DNA of 60,126 nucleotides from an uncultured bacterium (GTDB lineage Bacteria; Zixibacteria; MSB-5A5; GN15; PGXB01): contig CBFCZE010000001.1 in NCBI GenBank assembly GCA_965602655.1, positions 1-60,126 of the forward strand, written 5' to 3'. Each line of letters begins with the position of its first letter. Positions within the stretch are counted from its first letter, which is position 1. Below the pieces are notes generated by a model. The model was given only the letters and a program-made list of their open reading frames with translations. It searched no databases and had not been told where the DNA came from. Shown piece after piece: positions 45,437-53,539 of the stretch. Both the position numbers and the translations under genes were made by a program.

Positions 45437-46672
45437 ATGCCTGGTAATTTGAAACCACTTCGTTTTACAGATATTTTTGGAATTTCCTTTTTTATATTAT
45501 TTTTTTTCGTTTCGATTGCAGCCGGCCAGGAAACCGAAAAATTTCCTGTCGATTCGATTGATATTTATATCACTGACGCGGCAACAAATGTTGTTGCAGT
45601 CGATCATGTTTATGACCGTGGTGATGCTGTTGATCTCTTTTGGACATTATCAATCGACAACGATAAAATCAGCGAATATCAGATTTTGAGGATGGATGAA
45701 GGTGGATCAGAATATAATCAGGTCGGTATGGCTTTGCCCGGAGATAATTCATTTGTTGATAAGAGCGTGGAAAGCGGTCAGAGTTATGTTTATAAGATTG
45801 CCGGCGTTTATGACGGCGGCATGGTTGAATCCGAGCCGTCCGAAATAGTAATACCCGACACCGAGCTTGTTAACTGGAATCTTTTGAATCTGTTTATAAT
45901 TGGATTTCTGATAGCCGGTGCGGTTATTTACTTTATTGCGCACGTCAAGGCGGGTAAAAAGCTGTTTATCCGAAAAATCGCCGGTCTGGAAGCGGTTGAT
46001 GAGGCCATCGGCCGGGCCACCGAGATGGGCCGACCGATTCTGTTTATACCCGGAATCAATGATATGGACGATGTTCAGACAATAGCGGGTATTACGCTGT
46101 TGGGACGGGTCGCCAAAGTGGTTGCCGATTATGATATAAAAATTAATATGCCGGTTGCCCGTTCGCTGGTAATGACAACCGCGCGCGAGACAATTAGGGA
46201 AGCCTATATTGGTGCCGGCCATCCCGATGCCTATAATGACGATATGGTCCGTTATATCACCGATGAGCAGTTTGGTTATGTCGCTGCCGTTGATGGTATT
46301 ATGGTTCGTGAAAAACCGGCCACCTGTTTTTATCTGGGTGCCTTTTTTGCCGAATCGCTGATCCTGGCTGAAACCGGTAATTCTATTGGAGCGATTCAGA
46401 TTGCCGGAACAGCAATGCCAACGCAATTGCCATTTTTTGTGGCCGCCTGCGACTATACCTTAATCGGCGAAGAACTTTTTGCGGCCTCGGCCTATCTGTC
46501 CGGTGAGCCAAAACAGCTCGGCTCGCTTAAGGGGCAGGATGTTGGGAAATTAATCGCTATGGTCGCTTTATTAATTGGAGTCTTAAGTATCACTATATCT
46601 GAGGCCTGGGGCGTTGACTTTTTTGTCTGGCTGACAGAAAAGATGCAGGCGATGTTTACAATTCAGAATTGA
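45437..46672 (+). CDS. module 2 subunit A
   Basis: Starts 2 nt after D1. Signal peptide ...VSIAAGQE. Ectodomain DRGDAVDLFWTLSIDNDKISEYQILRM...SYVYKIAGV. TM LFIIGFLIAGAVIYFIAHV. The C-terminal block IRKIAGLEAVDEAIGRATEMG...LPFFVAACDYTLIGEELFAASAYL is roughly two-thirds identical to A1 by eye. Confidence 0.85.
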   Translation: MPGNLKPLRFTDIFGISFFILFFFVSIAAGQETEKFPVDSIDIYITDAATNVVAVDHVYDRGDAVDLFWTLSIDNDKISEYQILRMDEGGSEYNQVGMALPGDNSFVDKSVESGQSYVYKIAGVYDGGMVESEPSEIVIPDTELVNWNLLNLFIIGFLIAGAVIYFIAHVKAGKKLFIRKIAGLEAVDEAIGRATEMGRPILFIPGINDMDDVQTIAGITLLGRVAKVVADYDIKINMPVARSLVMTTARETIREAYIGAGHPDAYNDDMVRYITDEQFGYVAAVDGIMVREKPATCFYLGAFFAESLILAETGNSIGAIQIAGTAMPTQLPFFVAACDYTLIGEELFAASAYLSGEPKQLGSLKGQDVGKLIAMVALLIGVLSITISEAWGVDFFVWLTEKMQAMFTIQN

Positions 46673-46690
46673 TGGAGGTAAGATAAGGGT

Positions 46691-47368
46691 TTGAAAAGAC
46701 AGGTTCCGGTTGTCATTACTTTTATCGTCGGTACTGTACTGATACTGTCGGTCTTTTTCCCGCCGGTGGAACGGATGGGCGAGGACTTTTCAATATTCTT
46801 TGATATTATCGCCGTCTTTGCCTTTTTCCTGGGCGGCGGAAACCTCCTTAGAATCCATACCTCCAAGATTTATAAAAAACGCAAGGACTGGGGATTTTCG
46901 GTTGTCACTATCTGCGGTTTTGGAATAATGATGATGGCCGGGCTTTTCAAACTCTGGAATCCGGGCGGAATCGCCGCCGATGTGGCCGCTACCGGTTCAC
47001 TGTTCCAGTTAATGTACGACTGGATATTTAATCCGCTCGGTGCCTCGATGTATTCACTTCTGGCGTTTTATGTCGCCTCGGCTTCATACCGGGCTTTCCG
47101 AGCAAAAAATATAGATGCCACTATTCTTCTTGTGGCGGCTTTTATAATTTTACTGGGACGGACGCCGCTCGGTATGTATGCCACCGGTTGGATTCCGGAA
47201 TCATTTTCGATAATGCAGATTCCGAATCTTGCTATCTGGATTATGGTCTCACCCAATCTGGCCGGGCAAAGGGCGATTATGATTGGTATCGCGCTCGGCG
47301 TGGTTTCGATGTCACTAAGATTAATTCTCGGCGTCGAAAGGACATATCTGGGGGTGGACAATGAGTAG
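46691..47368 (+). CDS. module 2 subunit B
   Basis: The TTG start (GGAGG 11 nt upstream) gives MKRQVPVVITFIVG, colinear with B3 MKRQLPLTLVFIFG. FYVASASYRAFRAKNIDATILLVAAF. AGQRAIMIGIALGVVSMSLRLILGVERTYLG. Confidence 0.8.
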   Translation: MKRQVPVVITFIVGTVLILSVFFPPVERMGEDFSIFFDIIAVFAFFLGGGNLLRIHTSKIYKKRKDWGFSVVTICGFGIMMMAGLFKLWNPGGIAADVAATGSLFQLMYDWIFNPLGASMYSLLAFYVASASYRAFRAKNIDATILLVAAFIILLGRTPLGMYATGWIPESFSIMQIPNLAIWIMVSPNLAGQRAIMIGIALGVVSMSLRLILGVERTYLGVDNE

Positions 47369-48278
47369 TATCGGCATTATTGTCTCGGCAGTGGTAATTG
47401 TTGTCGGTCTTCTCTGGCTCGCTGTCCGATCGCTTACCGGTCACGAGGTGGAACGGCGCGTTATCTTTCTGTTTATCGGATTATCTGTCTCATTACCGCT
47501 TTTGTTTAATCTTACGTTTTCCGAAAAAGCGACCCCGATCGTTAAGGGTATCTATGACAAAATAGACAACCTTCCCTCCGGATCAAGAATTCTTATTTCG
47601 TTTGACTATGGTCCCTCGATGGCGCCCGAAGTTGAGCCGATGTCCAATGCTTTTATAAGACATTCTTTAGCCAAAGATCATAAAGTTATTATTATGGGTT
47701 TATGGGCGACCGGTCAGTCACTTGGAGCATCGGCGGTGGAGAATATAGTAAAAGCAGAATTCCCCGATAAAGTCGATGGAGTCGATTACATTAATATCGG
47801 CTACAAAGCCGGTAATCAGGGCGTTCTCAATGTAATTATTACCGATTTTAGAAAAATGTATGCCACCGATGTTAACGGTGTCGATCTCGATTCTGTCCAG
47901 ATTTTTGAAGGTATCAGATCTTTAAAAGATATGGCTCTGATGATTTCGGTTGGCGGCGGATTTCCGGGAATAAAAGAATGGGTTCTTTTTGCGGCCGACC
48001 CGGGGAATATTCCACTGGCCGGGGGAAGCGCCGCGGTGGCGACGCCAACCATGTATCCATACTATCCCAAACAGCTGATTGGACTTTTGGGCGGTATCAA
48101 AGGTGCGGCCGAGTATGAATCCGAAATGAAAAAGAATTATCCTCGATTTGCCGACATGCCGACTCCGGGTGTTAATATGATGGGCCCGCAAACCCTGGCG
48201 CATATGGTTGTTATGGCTTTTATAATTATTGGCAACCTGTCATTTTTCTTCGCGAAAAAGAGGAAATCCGATGGATAG
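47361..48278 (+). CDS. module 2 subunit C
   Basis: 8-nt overlap with B2. ISFDYGPSMAPEVEPMSN..., VDYINIGYKAGN, YPYYPKQLIGLLGGIKGAAEYE. C-terminal TM followed by KKRKSDG. Confidence 0.85.
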   Translation: MSSIGIIVSAVVIVVGLLWLAVRSLTGHEVERRVIFLFIGLSVSLPLLFNLTFSEKATPIVKGIYDKIDNLPSGSRILISFDYGPSMAPEVEPMSNAFIRHSLAKDHKVIIMGLWATGQSLGASAVENIVKAEFPDKVDGVDYINIGYKAGNQGVLNVIITDFRKMYATDVNGVDLDSVQIFEGIRSLKDMALMISVGGGFPGIKEWVLFAADPGNIPLAGGSAAVATPTMYPYYPKQLIGLLGGIKGAAEYESEMKKNYPRFADMPTPGVNMMGPQTLAHMVVMAFIIIGNLSFFFAKKRKSDG

Positions 48279-49095
48279 CTCGCGAAGAATATCAATGATC
48301 GTATTGGCGGCTGTAATTATTTTGTTTGCTGTCAGCTGGATTGTCAAAACGATGGCTCTTCAGGCTACTGGAGCCGAGGGATTAATGTCGGTCCGCGATG
48401 CCTTTTTTGTTACTTTTGCAGCCTTTTTAACACTGGCTATATTTTCATTCCTATACAAAGATAATCCATATTATAAATTTGCAGAACATCTGTTTGTTGG
48501 CGTCTCGGCCGCCTACTGGATGAGCGTCGGTTTTTGGTCAACCTTTGTCGGTAATTTTATACCGAAAGTCTCGACTACACTCTCAAACTTTTTTGAGGTT
48601 CCGCCCAAAGATTTTGAAATTCATTATTTTGTACCGCTTATACTTGGATTGATGCTTTTAATGCGGTTGTCGCCGAAAGGCGGATGGTTATCGCGTTGGT
48701 CATTGGCTTTTATTGTCGGAACAACAGCAGGCTTAAATCTGATTAGATATTTGCGTACTGATTTTATCACGCAGGTGAGTAATACATTTGTGCCGTTATT
48801 GGTAGATTGGAAAGGAATCGGACCATTTTTCTCAGATTTTTCGCTGAGCGCCTCGGGTCAGTTTGTTATGACCATGGCTAATTGGGTGATTTTTATCGGG
48901 GTCTTCAGCGGTTTGATATATTTCTTTTTCTCCAAGGAACATAAAGGATTTTTCGGTCATGCCTCACGGGTCGGCATCTGGGTGCTGATGATTACCTTTG
49001 GCGCCTCTTTTGGATATACCGTGATGGGCCGCGTCTCATTGCTGGTGGGACGGCTGACATTTCTATTCAGAGATTGGCTGGGATTGATAAGTTAA
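48271..49095 (+). CDS. module 2 subunit D
   Basis: ATG 48271 (GAGGA upstream, 8-nt overlap with the C2 stop) gives MDSSRRISMIVLAAV.... FLTLAIFSFLYKDNPYYKFAE.... YFFFSKEHKGFFGHASRVGIWVLMITFGASFGYTVMGRVSLLVGR. The ORF-track start at 48229 lies inside C2. Confidence 0.8.
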   Translation: MDSSRRISMIVLAAVIILFAVSWIVKTMALQATGAEGLMSVRDAFFVTFAAFLTLAIFSFLYKDNPYYKFAEHLFVGVSAAYWMSVGFWSTFVGNFIPKVSTTLSNFFEVPPKDFEIHYFVPLILGLMLLMRLSPKGGWLSRWSLAFIVGTTAGLNLIRYLRTDFITQVSNTFVPLLVDWKGIGPFFSDFSLSASGQFVMTMANWVIFIGVFSGLIYFFFSKEHKGFFGHASRVGIWVLMITFGASFGYTVMGRVSLLVGRLTFLFRDWLGLIS

Positions 49096-49130
49096 TTCAA
49101 ATTAAATTTAAATATATATACGAGGTGCCT

Positions 49131-50396
49131 ATGAAGCTAAAACTTCTATTTCTAAGTTGCCTGCTGTTTATATTTGTGTATCCCACCGCCTTCACTCAGG
49201 GTGAAGCGGTAGTTGAGGATTCACTGGAAACAACGGCAGAAATGATCGCGCCGGCACCGATATCGAACCTGAATGCCCTTGATATGGATAACGATCACGG
49301 GCATGCCATTAAGTTGCACTGGGAGATATCGGTTGATGACGGCGGCGGGAAGAATAATGTATTTGGATATACCATCTTTCGTTCCGAATCACCCGATGGA
49401 CCATTTGAAGAGTATGGTATACTTCCTCTTGGCGAATCAAGTTATAACGACGTTGGTTCGAAGGAAAAAGATTCACCCTCCTATATGGCCGATCATACCG
49501 ATTATTATTACAAAGTAAGAACAAAAACTTTGGATAGTCTGGTCTTTACCGATTCCGAAATCTTTGGACCGGTGCAGTGTTATGGCCAATGGTTCAATAC
49601 CGCGCGTATTCCGGTTCTGGTTTTTGTGATTGGATTTTTGCTGGTTACCATGCTGTTCATAAAAAAGGCTCGCGGCGGCGCCGAGCTGTTTGTTAGACGT
49701 TTGGCCGGTATTGAGGCGGTTGATGAGGCAATCGGCCGTGCCACCGAGATGGGTAAACCGATTCTGTATGTTATGGGTCTCGGGGTGGCGTCGGAGATTG
49801 CCACTATTGCCTCATTTACGATTTTGGGGCGTGTTGCCAAAAAAGTGGCCGAGTATCAAACCGGTTTGATTGTACCATGCTACGACCCGATTGTGATGAC
49901 CATCGCACAGGAAACGGTTAAGGCCAGTTATATGGATGCCGGTCGTCCCGATACCTACTCCGACGACATGGTTTATTTTGTAACACAATCGCAGTTTGCC
50001 TATGTCGCCGCGGTGAATGGTACGATGCTTCGAGAACTTCCCGCCACTAATATTTATATGGGTAAGTTTTTCGCCGAATCATTGATTCTGGCCGAAACCG
50101 GGGCCCTGGCCGGATCGATTCAGATTGCCGGCACCGATGAAATCGCACAGATTCCGTTTTTTGTGGTTGCCTGCGACTATACCCTTATCGGCGAGGAACT
50201 GTATGCCGCTTCGGCCTATCTTGGCCGCGAGCCGATTTTATTAGGTTCGCTGAAGGCTCAGGATTATGCCAAAGCCGGTGTTATTATATGTGCCCTATTA
50301 GGTTTTATTACCATCAACTTTGGTTGGGATAGTCTGGCTCAATGGTTCCAGGTTCCCAATTCATTCTTTGCTAACCTTTTTGGCGGACCTAATTAA
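49131..50396 (+). CDS. module 3 subunit A
   Basis: ATG 49131 (GAGGTG upstream) gives the signal peptide MKLKLLFLSCLLFIFVYPTAFTQGE. Ectodomain DHGHAIKLHWEISVDD...GYTIFRS...DYYYKVRTK. TM IPVLVFVIGFLLVTMLFI. VRRLAGIEAVDEAIGRATEMG...IPFFVVACDYTLIGEELYAASAYL. Confidence 0.85.
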   Translation: MKLKLLFLSCLLFIFVYPTAFTQGEAVVEDSLETTAEMIAPAPISNLNALDMDNDHGHAIKLHWEISVDDGGGKNNVFGYTIFRSESPDGPFEEYGILPLGESSYNDVGSKEKDSPSYMADHTDYYYKVRTKTLDSLVFTDSEIFGPVQCYGQWFNTARIPVLVFVIGFLLVTMLFIKKARGGAELFVRRLAGIEAVDEAIGRATEMGKPILYVMGLGVASEIATIASFTILGRVAKKVAEYQTGLIVPCYDPIVMTIAQETVKASYMDAGRPDTYSDDMVYFVTQSQFAYVAAVNGTMLRELPATNIYMGKFFAESLILAETGALAGSIQIAGTDEIAQIPFFVVACDYTLIGEELYAASAYLGREPILLGSLKAQDYAKAGVIICALLGFITINFGWDSLAQWFQVPNSFFANLFGGPN

Positions 50397-50410
50397 GGAG
50401 GGAGGGAATA

Positions 50411-51055
50411 ATGAAAAGACAATTACCGCTTACTCTGGTGTTTATATTCGGTATCTTCATGATATTCCAGTACTTTGTCCCTCATGAAATATCCGAAACA
50501 ATTTTTGAGTTTCTACTTGATTGGATCTATATTATCGGCATCTTTGCGCTGGCTCTTGGAATTTGGTCATTGATAAGGGTCTCCTGGGATAAAATCCAGA
50601 AAAGAAAAGAAAACTGGCCGTATGCCGTCGTAACCCTTTTTGGTCTGGTGGCAATGATATTTTTCGGCTTTGATTATGGCCGACATTTCTTTTCAGCCGA
50701 AGGGTTGGATAATTACATGTGGCTCAATTTCTTTAATTATATAATGATACCGATTCAGGCAACGATGTTCTCACTTTTGGCTTTCTTTATTGCCTCGGCC
50801 GCTTACCGTGCCTTCCGGGCCAGATCACTTCTGGCCACTTTGTTGTTGGTTGCGGCCTTGATTGTGATGCTGCGTTTCAATCCATATTTAGGTCCCTTTA
50901 TTGCCGAGTATATGGAAAAAACCGCTTCATGGCTTCTCAATGTTCCTAATCTGGCGGCCAAAAGAGGTATTATCATCGGTGTCGGTCTGGGAATTGTGGC
51001 CACCGCCCTGAAAGTAATTCTGGGCATTGAACGTAATTACCTGGGCAAGGATTGA
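50411..51055 (+). CDS. module 3 subunit B
   Basis: RBS GGAGGGAGG. FFIASAAYRAFRARSLLATLLLVAAL. AAKRGIIIGVGLGIVATALKVILGIERNYLG. Confidence 0.85.
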   Translation: MKRQLPLTLVFIFGIFMIFQYFVPHEISETIFEFLLDWIYIIGIFALALGIWSLIRVSWDKIQKRKENWPYAVVTLFGLVAMIFFGFDYGRHFFSAEGLDNYMWLNFFNYIMIPIQATMFSLLAFFIASAAYRAFRARSLLATLLLVAALIVMLRFNPYLGPFIAEYMEKTASWLLNVPNLAAKRGIIIGVGLGIVATALKVILGIERNYLGKD

Positions 51056-51065
51056 GGAGGAAACT

Positions 51066-51932
51066 ATGAATATATTTGATCGAATTATGTCATTGGATCG
51101 CCGCTGGGTCTTCCTCCTTCTGGCAATAGTATGCGTTATTACTTACGCTATCCCTTTCCAAATTAAGATTATTGTTACCGGCGAAGTAAGAAGCGTATAT
51201 AATTTTGTTGATACGCTCAAGGAAGGCGACATTATCTTTGTCGCTATTGATTATGATCCAAATTCATTAGCCGAAATGCATCCAATGACATACTCAATTG
51301 TTGAGCATGCATTTCGAAAGAAACTTAAGGTTATATTTACATCGCTTTCTCAGAACGGGCCGGGTATGGCTGATCAGGCTATAAGAGATATTGGCGATTC
51401 GGTGAGGATTGACAAAACGTATAACGGCGTGGCCTATGAGGGACGAGAAATAGTCAACGGTGTTGATTATGTTTTTCTTGGGTATAAACCATATCCGGCT
51501 CTGGTTATTGTCGGTATGGGGCAGAATTTCAGATTGCCTTTCCCGACCGACTACTATGGGACACCGCTTGATGAACACCCTTTGATGCAGGGTGTTCAAA
51601 ACTATGACCAGGTTAAATGCGTGATAGATATCTCCGGAACCAGTGGTGTCGATATGTGGATTACCTATGGTCAGGGAAGGTACAACTTCCCGCTGGCTCT
51701 CGGTTTAACTGGAGTTATGGCGGCCGATTATTATCCATATCTTAATTCCGGACAAGTTTTTGGAATTCTTGGTGGTCTATTGGGGGCGGCGCAATATGAA
51801 AAAATGGCAGATAATCCCGGCCGGGCGATGGACGGGATGCGAGTCCAGTTGTACGCACATATTGTTATCATCCTGTTTATTGTTCTTGGCAATGTCGGAT
51901 TCTTAGTATCCCGACGGAAAAAACGTCTTTAA
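51066..51932 (+). CDS. module 3 subunit C
   Basis: ATG 51066 (GAGGAGG upstream). One N-terminal TM (WVFLLLAIVCVITYAI). VAIDYDPNSLAEMHPMTY..., VDYVFLGYKP, YPYLNSGQVFGILGGLLGAAQYEK. C-terminal TM followed by RRKKRL. The ORF-track start at 51027 overlaps B3. Confidence 0.85.
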   Translation: MNIFDRIMSLDRRWVFLLLAIVCVITYAIPFQIKIIVTGEVRSVYNFVDTLKEGDIIFVAIDYDPNSLAEMHPMTYSIVEHAFRKKLKVIFTSLSQNGPGMADQAIRDIGDSVRIDKTYNGVAYEGREIVNGVDYVFLGYKPYPALVIVGMGQNFRLPFPTDYYGTPLDEHPLMQGVQNYDQVKCVIDISGTSGVDMWITYGQGRYNFPLALGLTGVMAADYYPYLNSGQVFGILGGLLGAAQYEKMADNPGRAMDGMRVQLYAHIVIILFIVLGNVGFLVSRRKKRL

Positions 51933-51947
51933 GGAGGTGAGTTTATT

Positions 51948-52712
51948 ATGGAAATAATGTCGATGGGAACATTTTTATGGACCAGTCTGGGAGCCTTTTT
52001 AACCCTGGCGACGTTCTCGTTTCTCTACAAGGATAATCCGTTTTATAAACTCGCCGAGCATCTTGTTGTTGGCGTTTCGGCGGGTTATTTTGTAATTATT
52101 CTCTGGCATAACGGTCTTCAGCCAAATCTATTTAATCGCCTGGGAGAAGGCAACTTCTGGTATTTTATTCCAATGATATTAGGCATTATGATGTGGACCC
52201 GGTTTTCAAGAAAATGGTCATGGGTCAGTCGCTGGCCAATTGCCATATATCTCGGTATTGCCACCGGCCTGTCAATTCCGCTGGAAATGAGAAACCGCGT
52301 CAATATGCAGCTGTACTCGACCATGCGAGAGGTCAACTGGGAGAATTTCTTTGGAAATGGATTCCTGGATCCGACTTCCGGATACTCAGGTTTGATAATT
52401 TTTCTTGGTGTTCTGGCCACGCTGTTTTATTTCTTCTTCTCCAAGGAGCATACCGGAGTTTTCAAAGGTGTGGCGCAATTGGGAATCTGGATATTGATGG
52501 TCGGTTTTGGAACCTCTTTTGGTTATACTGTTATGGCTCGTATTTCACTGTTTATTCAGAGGATTCAGGTGCTTGGCGATTATACCAAACTTAGCTGGAG
52601 TGGTGTAAGTGGCACATTTTTAACCCTCTGGTTTATAACCTTTGGCATTTTCGTAGCGCTTGCGTTGTACGAACTTGTTAAATACATCGGAAACAGAAAA
52701 ACAGCCACATAA
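51948..52712 (+). CDS. module 3 subunit D
   Basis: RBS AGGAGGTG. FLTLATFSFLYKDNPFYKLAE.... YFFFSKEHTGVFKGVAQLGIWILMVGFGTSFGYTVMARISLFIQR. It has an extra C-terminal TM relative to D1. Confidence 0.85.
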   Translation: MEIMSMGTFLWTSLGAFLTLATFSFLYKDNPFYKLAEHLVVGVSAGYFVIILWHNGLQPNLFNRLGEGNFWYFIPMILGIMMWTRFSRKWSWVSRWPIAIYLGIATGLSIPLEMRNRVNMQLYSTMREVNWENFFGNGFLDPTSGYSGLIIFLGVLATLFYFFFSKEHTGVFKGVAQLGIWILMVGFGTSFGYTVMARISLFIQRIQVLGDYTKLSWSGVSGTFLTLWFITFGIFVALALYELVKYIGNRKTAT

Positions 52713-52740
52713 CCGGTTTTAAATATAACAAACACCTGCA

Positions 52741-52767
52741 AAGCCCCGTTTCAACGGGGCTTTTTTA
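52741..52767 (+). terminator. rho-independent terminator ending the 12-gene operon
   Basis: AAGCCCCGTT-tc-AACGGGGCTT (52741-52762) followed by TTTTT, 28 nt after the D3 stop. Confidence 0.8.
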
Positions 52768-52895
52768 ATGTCTGCATTATTTGATTATAACGTATTTAAA
52801 TACAGCAGATTACGAATTATCATATTTTATTATTTTGTAACTTCTTCAATCAGTTCACAGTACATAAGTTTTTTTTAAAAAATAGCGAATTTTTC

Positions 52896-52924
52896 TTGAC
52901 ATACAATTAATCTATTGCTATAAT
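52896..52924 (+). promoter_or_regulatory. perfect-consensus sigma70 promoter (TTGACA-N17-TATAAT)
   Basis: TTGACA at 52896-52901, exactly 17 nt (tacaattaatctattgc), TATAAT at 52919-52924, preceded by an A/T-rich UP-like tract. ~85 nt upstream of ATG 53009. Confidence 0.6.
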
Positions 52925-53008
52925 CGTATGTATAATATATAATGTTAATAAGACGGATTGTTCAACCCGTTTGGCAATTAGCTTCAAAAATTCGAAAGCG
53001 AGGTGGGG

Positions 53009-53413
53009 ATGGCGAGAACATCAAGTTCCGCTGGCGCCAAAATAAAAACAAGAGCCAAGAAGAAAACAATGGCAAAGAATGGGCTAAAAATTAAGGTATC
53101 TGTCAAAGCGGAAGCCAAAACCGGAATAAAAGCAAAAAAAAGTAAGGGAAAACTATCGACACCTGAGGCACGCCGGGAATATCAGCGAAGATATTACCAG
53201 CTTCATAAGGATAAAGCCAAGGAATATCAAAGGCAATATAATCTTTCTCACAAGAAAAAGGTTCGTGGCGGCAGGGGCAAGGCCAATTTCATATGTCCGC
53301 GGGAAGTTGTTCGCGGCACTTTTAATACGGCCGATATTATGCACGCGCCGGTCGAAAAAACCCTCAAAATTCTGGAAAAGATTATAAGCGGTGAACGACT
53401 TTTCACAATGTAA
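53009..53413 (+). CDS. small basic protein with Lys/Ala-rich N-terminus
   Basis: ATG 53009 (GAGGTGGGG upstream; the ORF track starts at GTG 53003). AKIKTRAKKKTMAKNGLKIKVSVKAEAKTGIKAKKSKGK, then YQRRYYQLHKDKAKEYQRQY. An imperfect hairpin plus T-run follows at ~53437-53475. No family recognised. Confidence 0.5.
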   Translation: MARTSSSAGAKIKTRAKKKTMAKNGLKIKVSVKAEAKTGIKAKKSKGKLSTPEARREYQRRYYQLHKDKAKEYQRQYNLSHKKKVRGGRGKANFICPREVVRGTFNTADIMHAPVEKTLKILEKIISGERLFTM

Positions 53414-53539
53414 AATCAAAAACTAAAAATTTTAAAGGGTGGTTTTTGGAAATTTATTTTCCAAACCGCCTTTTAGTATTGATTAAATCACTAAAACAGC
53501 TTAGTTTACAGGTTGAAATTGAATAGTTTGGAGGCCAAT

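Noticed and set aside
41809-52712. The threefold ABCD repetition as an assembly or duplication artefact, or as a recent tandem duplication.
   Set aside because: The copies differ at a large fraction of nucleotide positions, including synonymous sites (e.g. attgccggattggatgcggtcgatgatgct versus atcgccggtctggaagcggttgatgaggcc). They also have different lengths, TM numbers and junction structures. These are old paralogues, not collapsed or duplicated reads.
4506-53539. Upstream-extended starts in the ORF track: 3332, 4506, 11276, 34856, 39137, 43755, 48229, 49074, 51027, 53003 and 53513. The first eight are TTG/GTG starts and the rest are upstream ATG/GTG starts.
   Set aside because: Each has an in-frame downstream ATG with a Shine-Dalgarno-like sequence. 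That ATG removes an overlap with the preceding gene or yields a proper signal peptide or family-typical N-terminus. Coordinates were adjusted accordingly, and uncertainty remains for 4521, 34029 and 41809.
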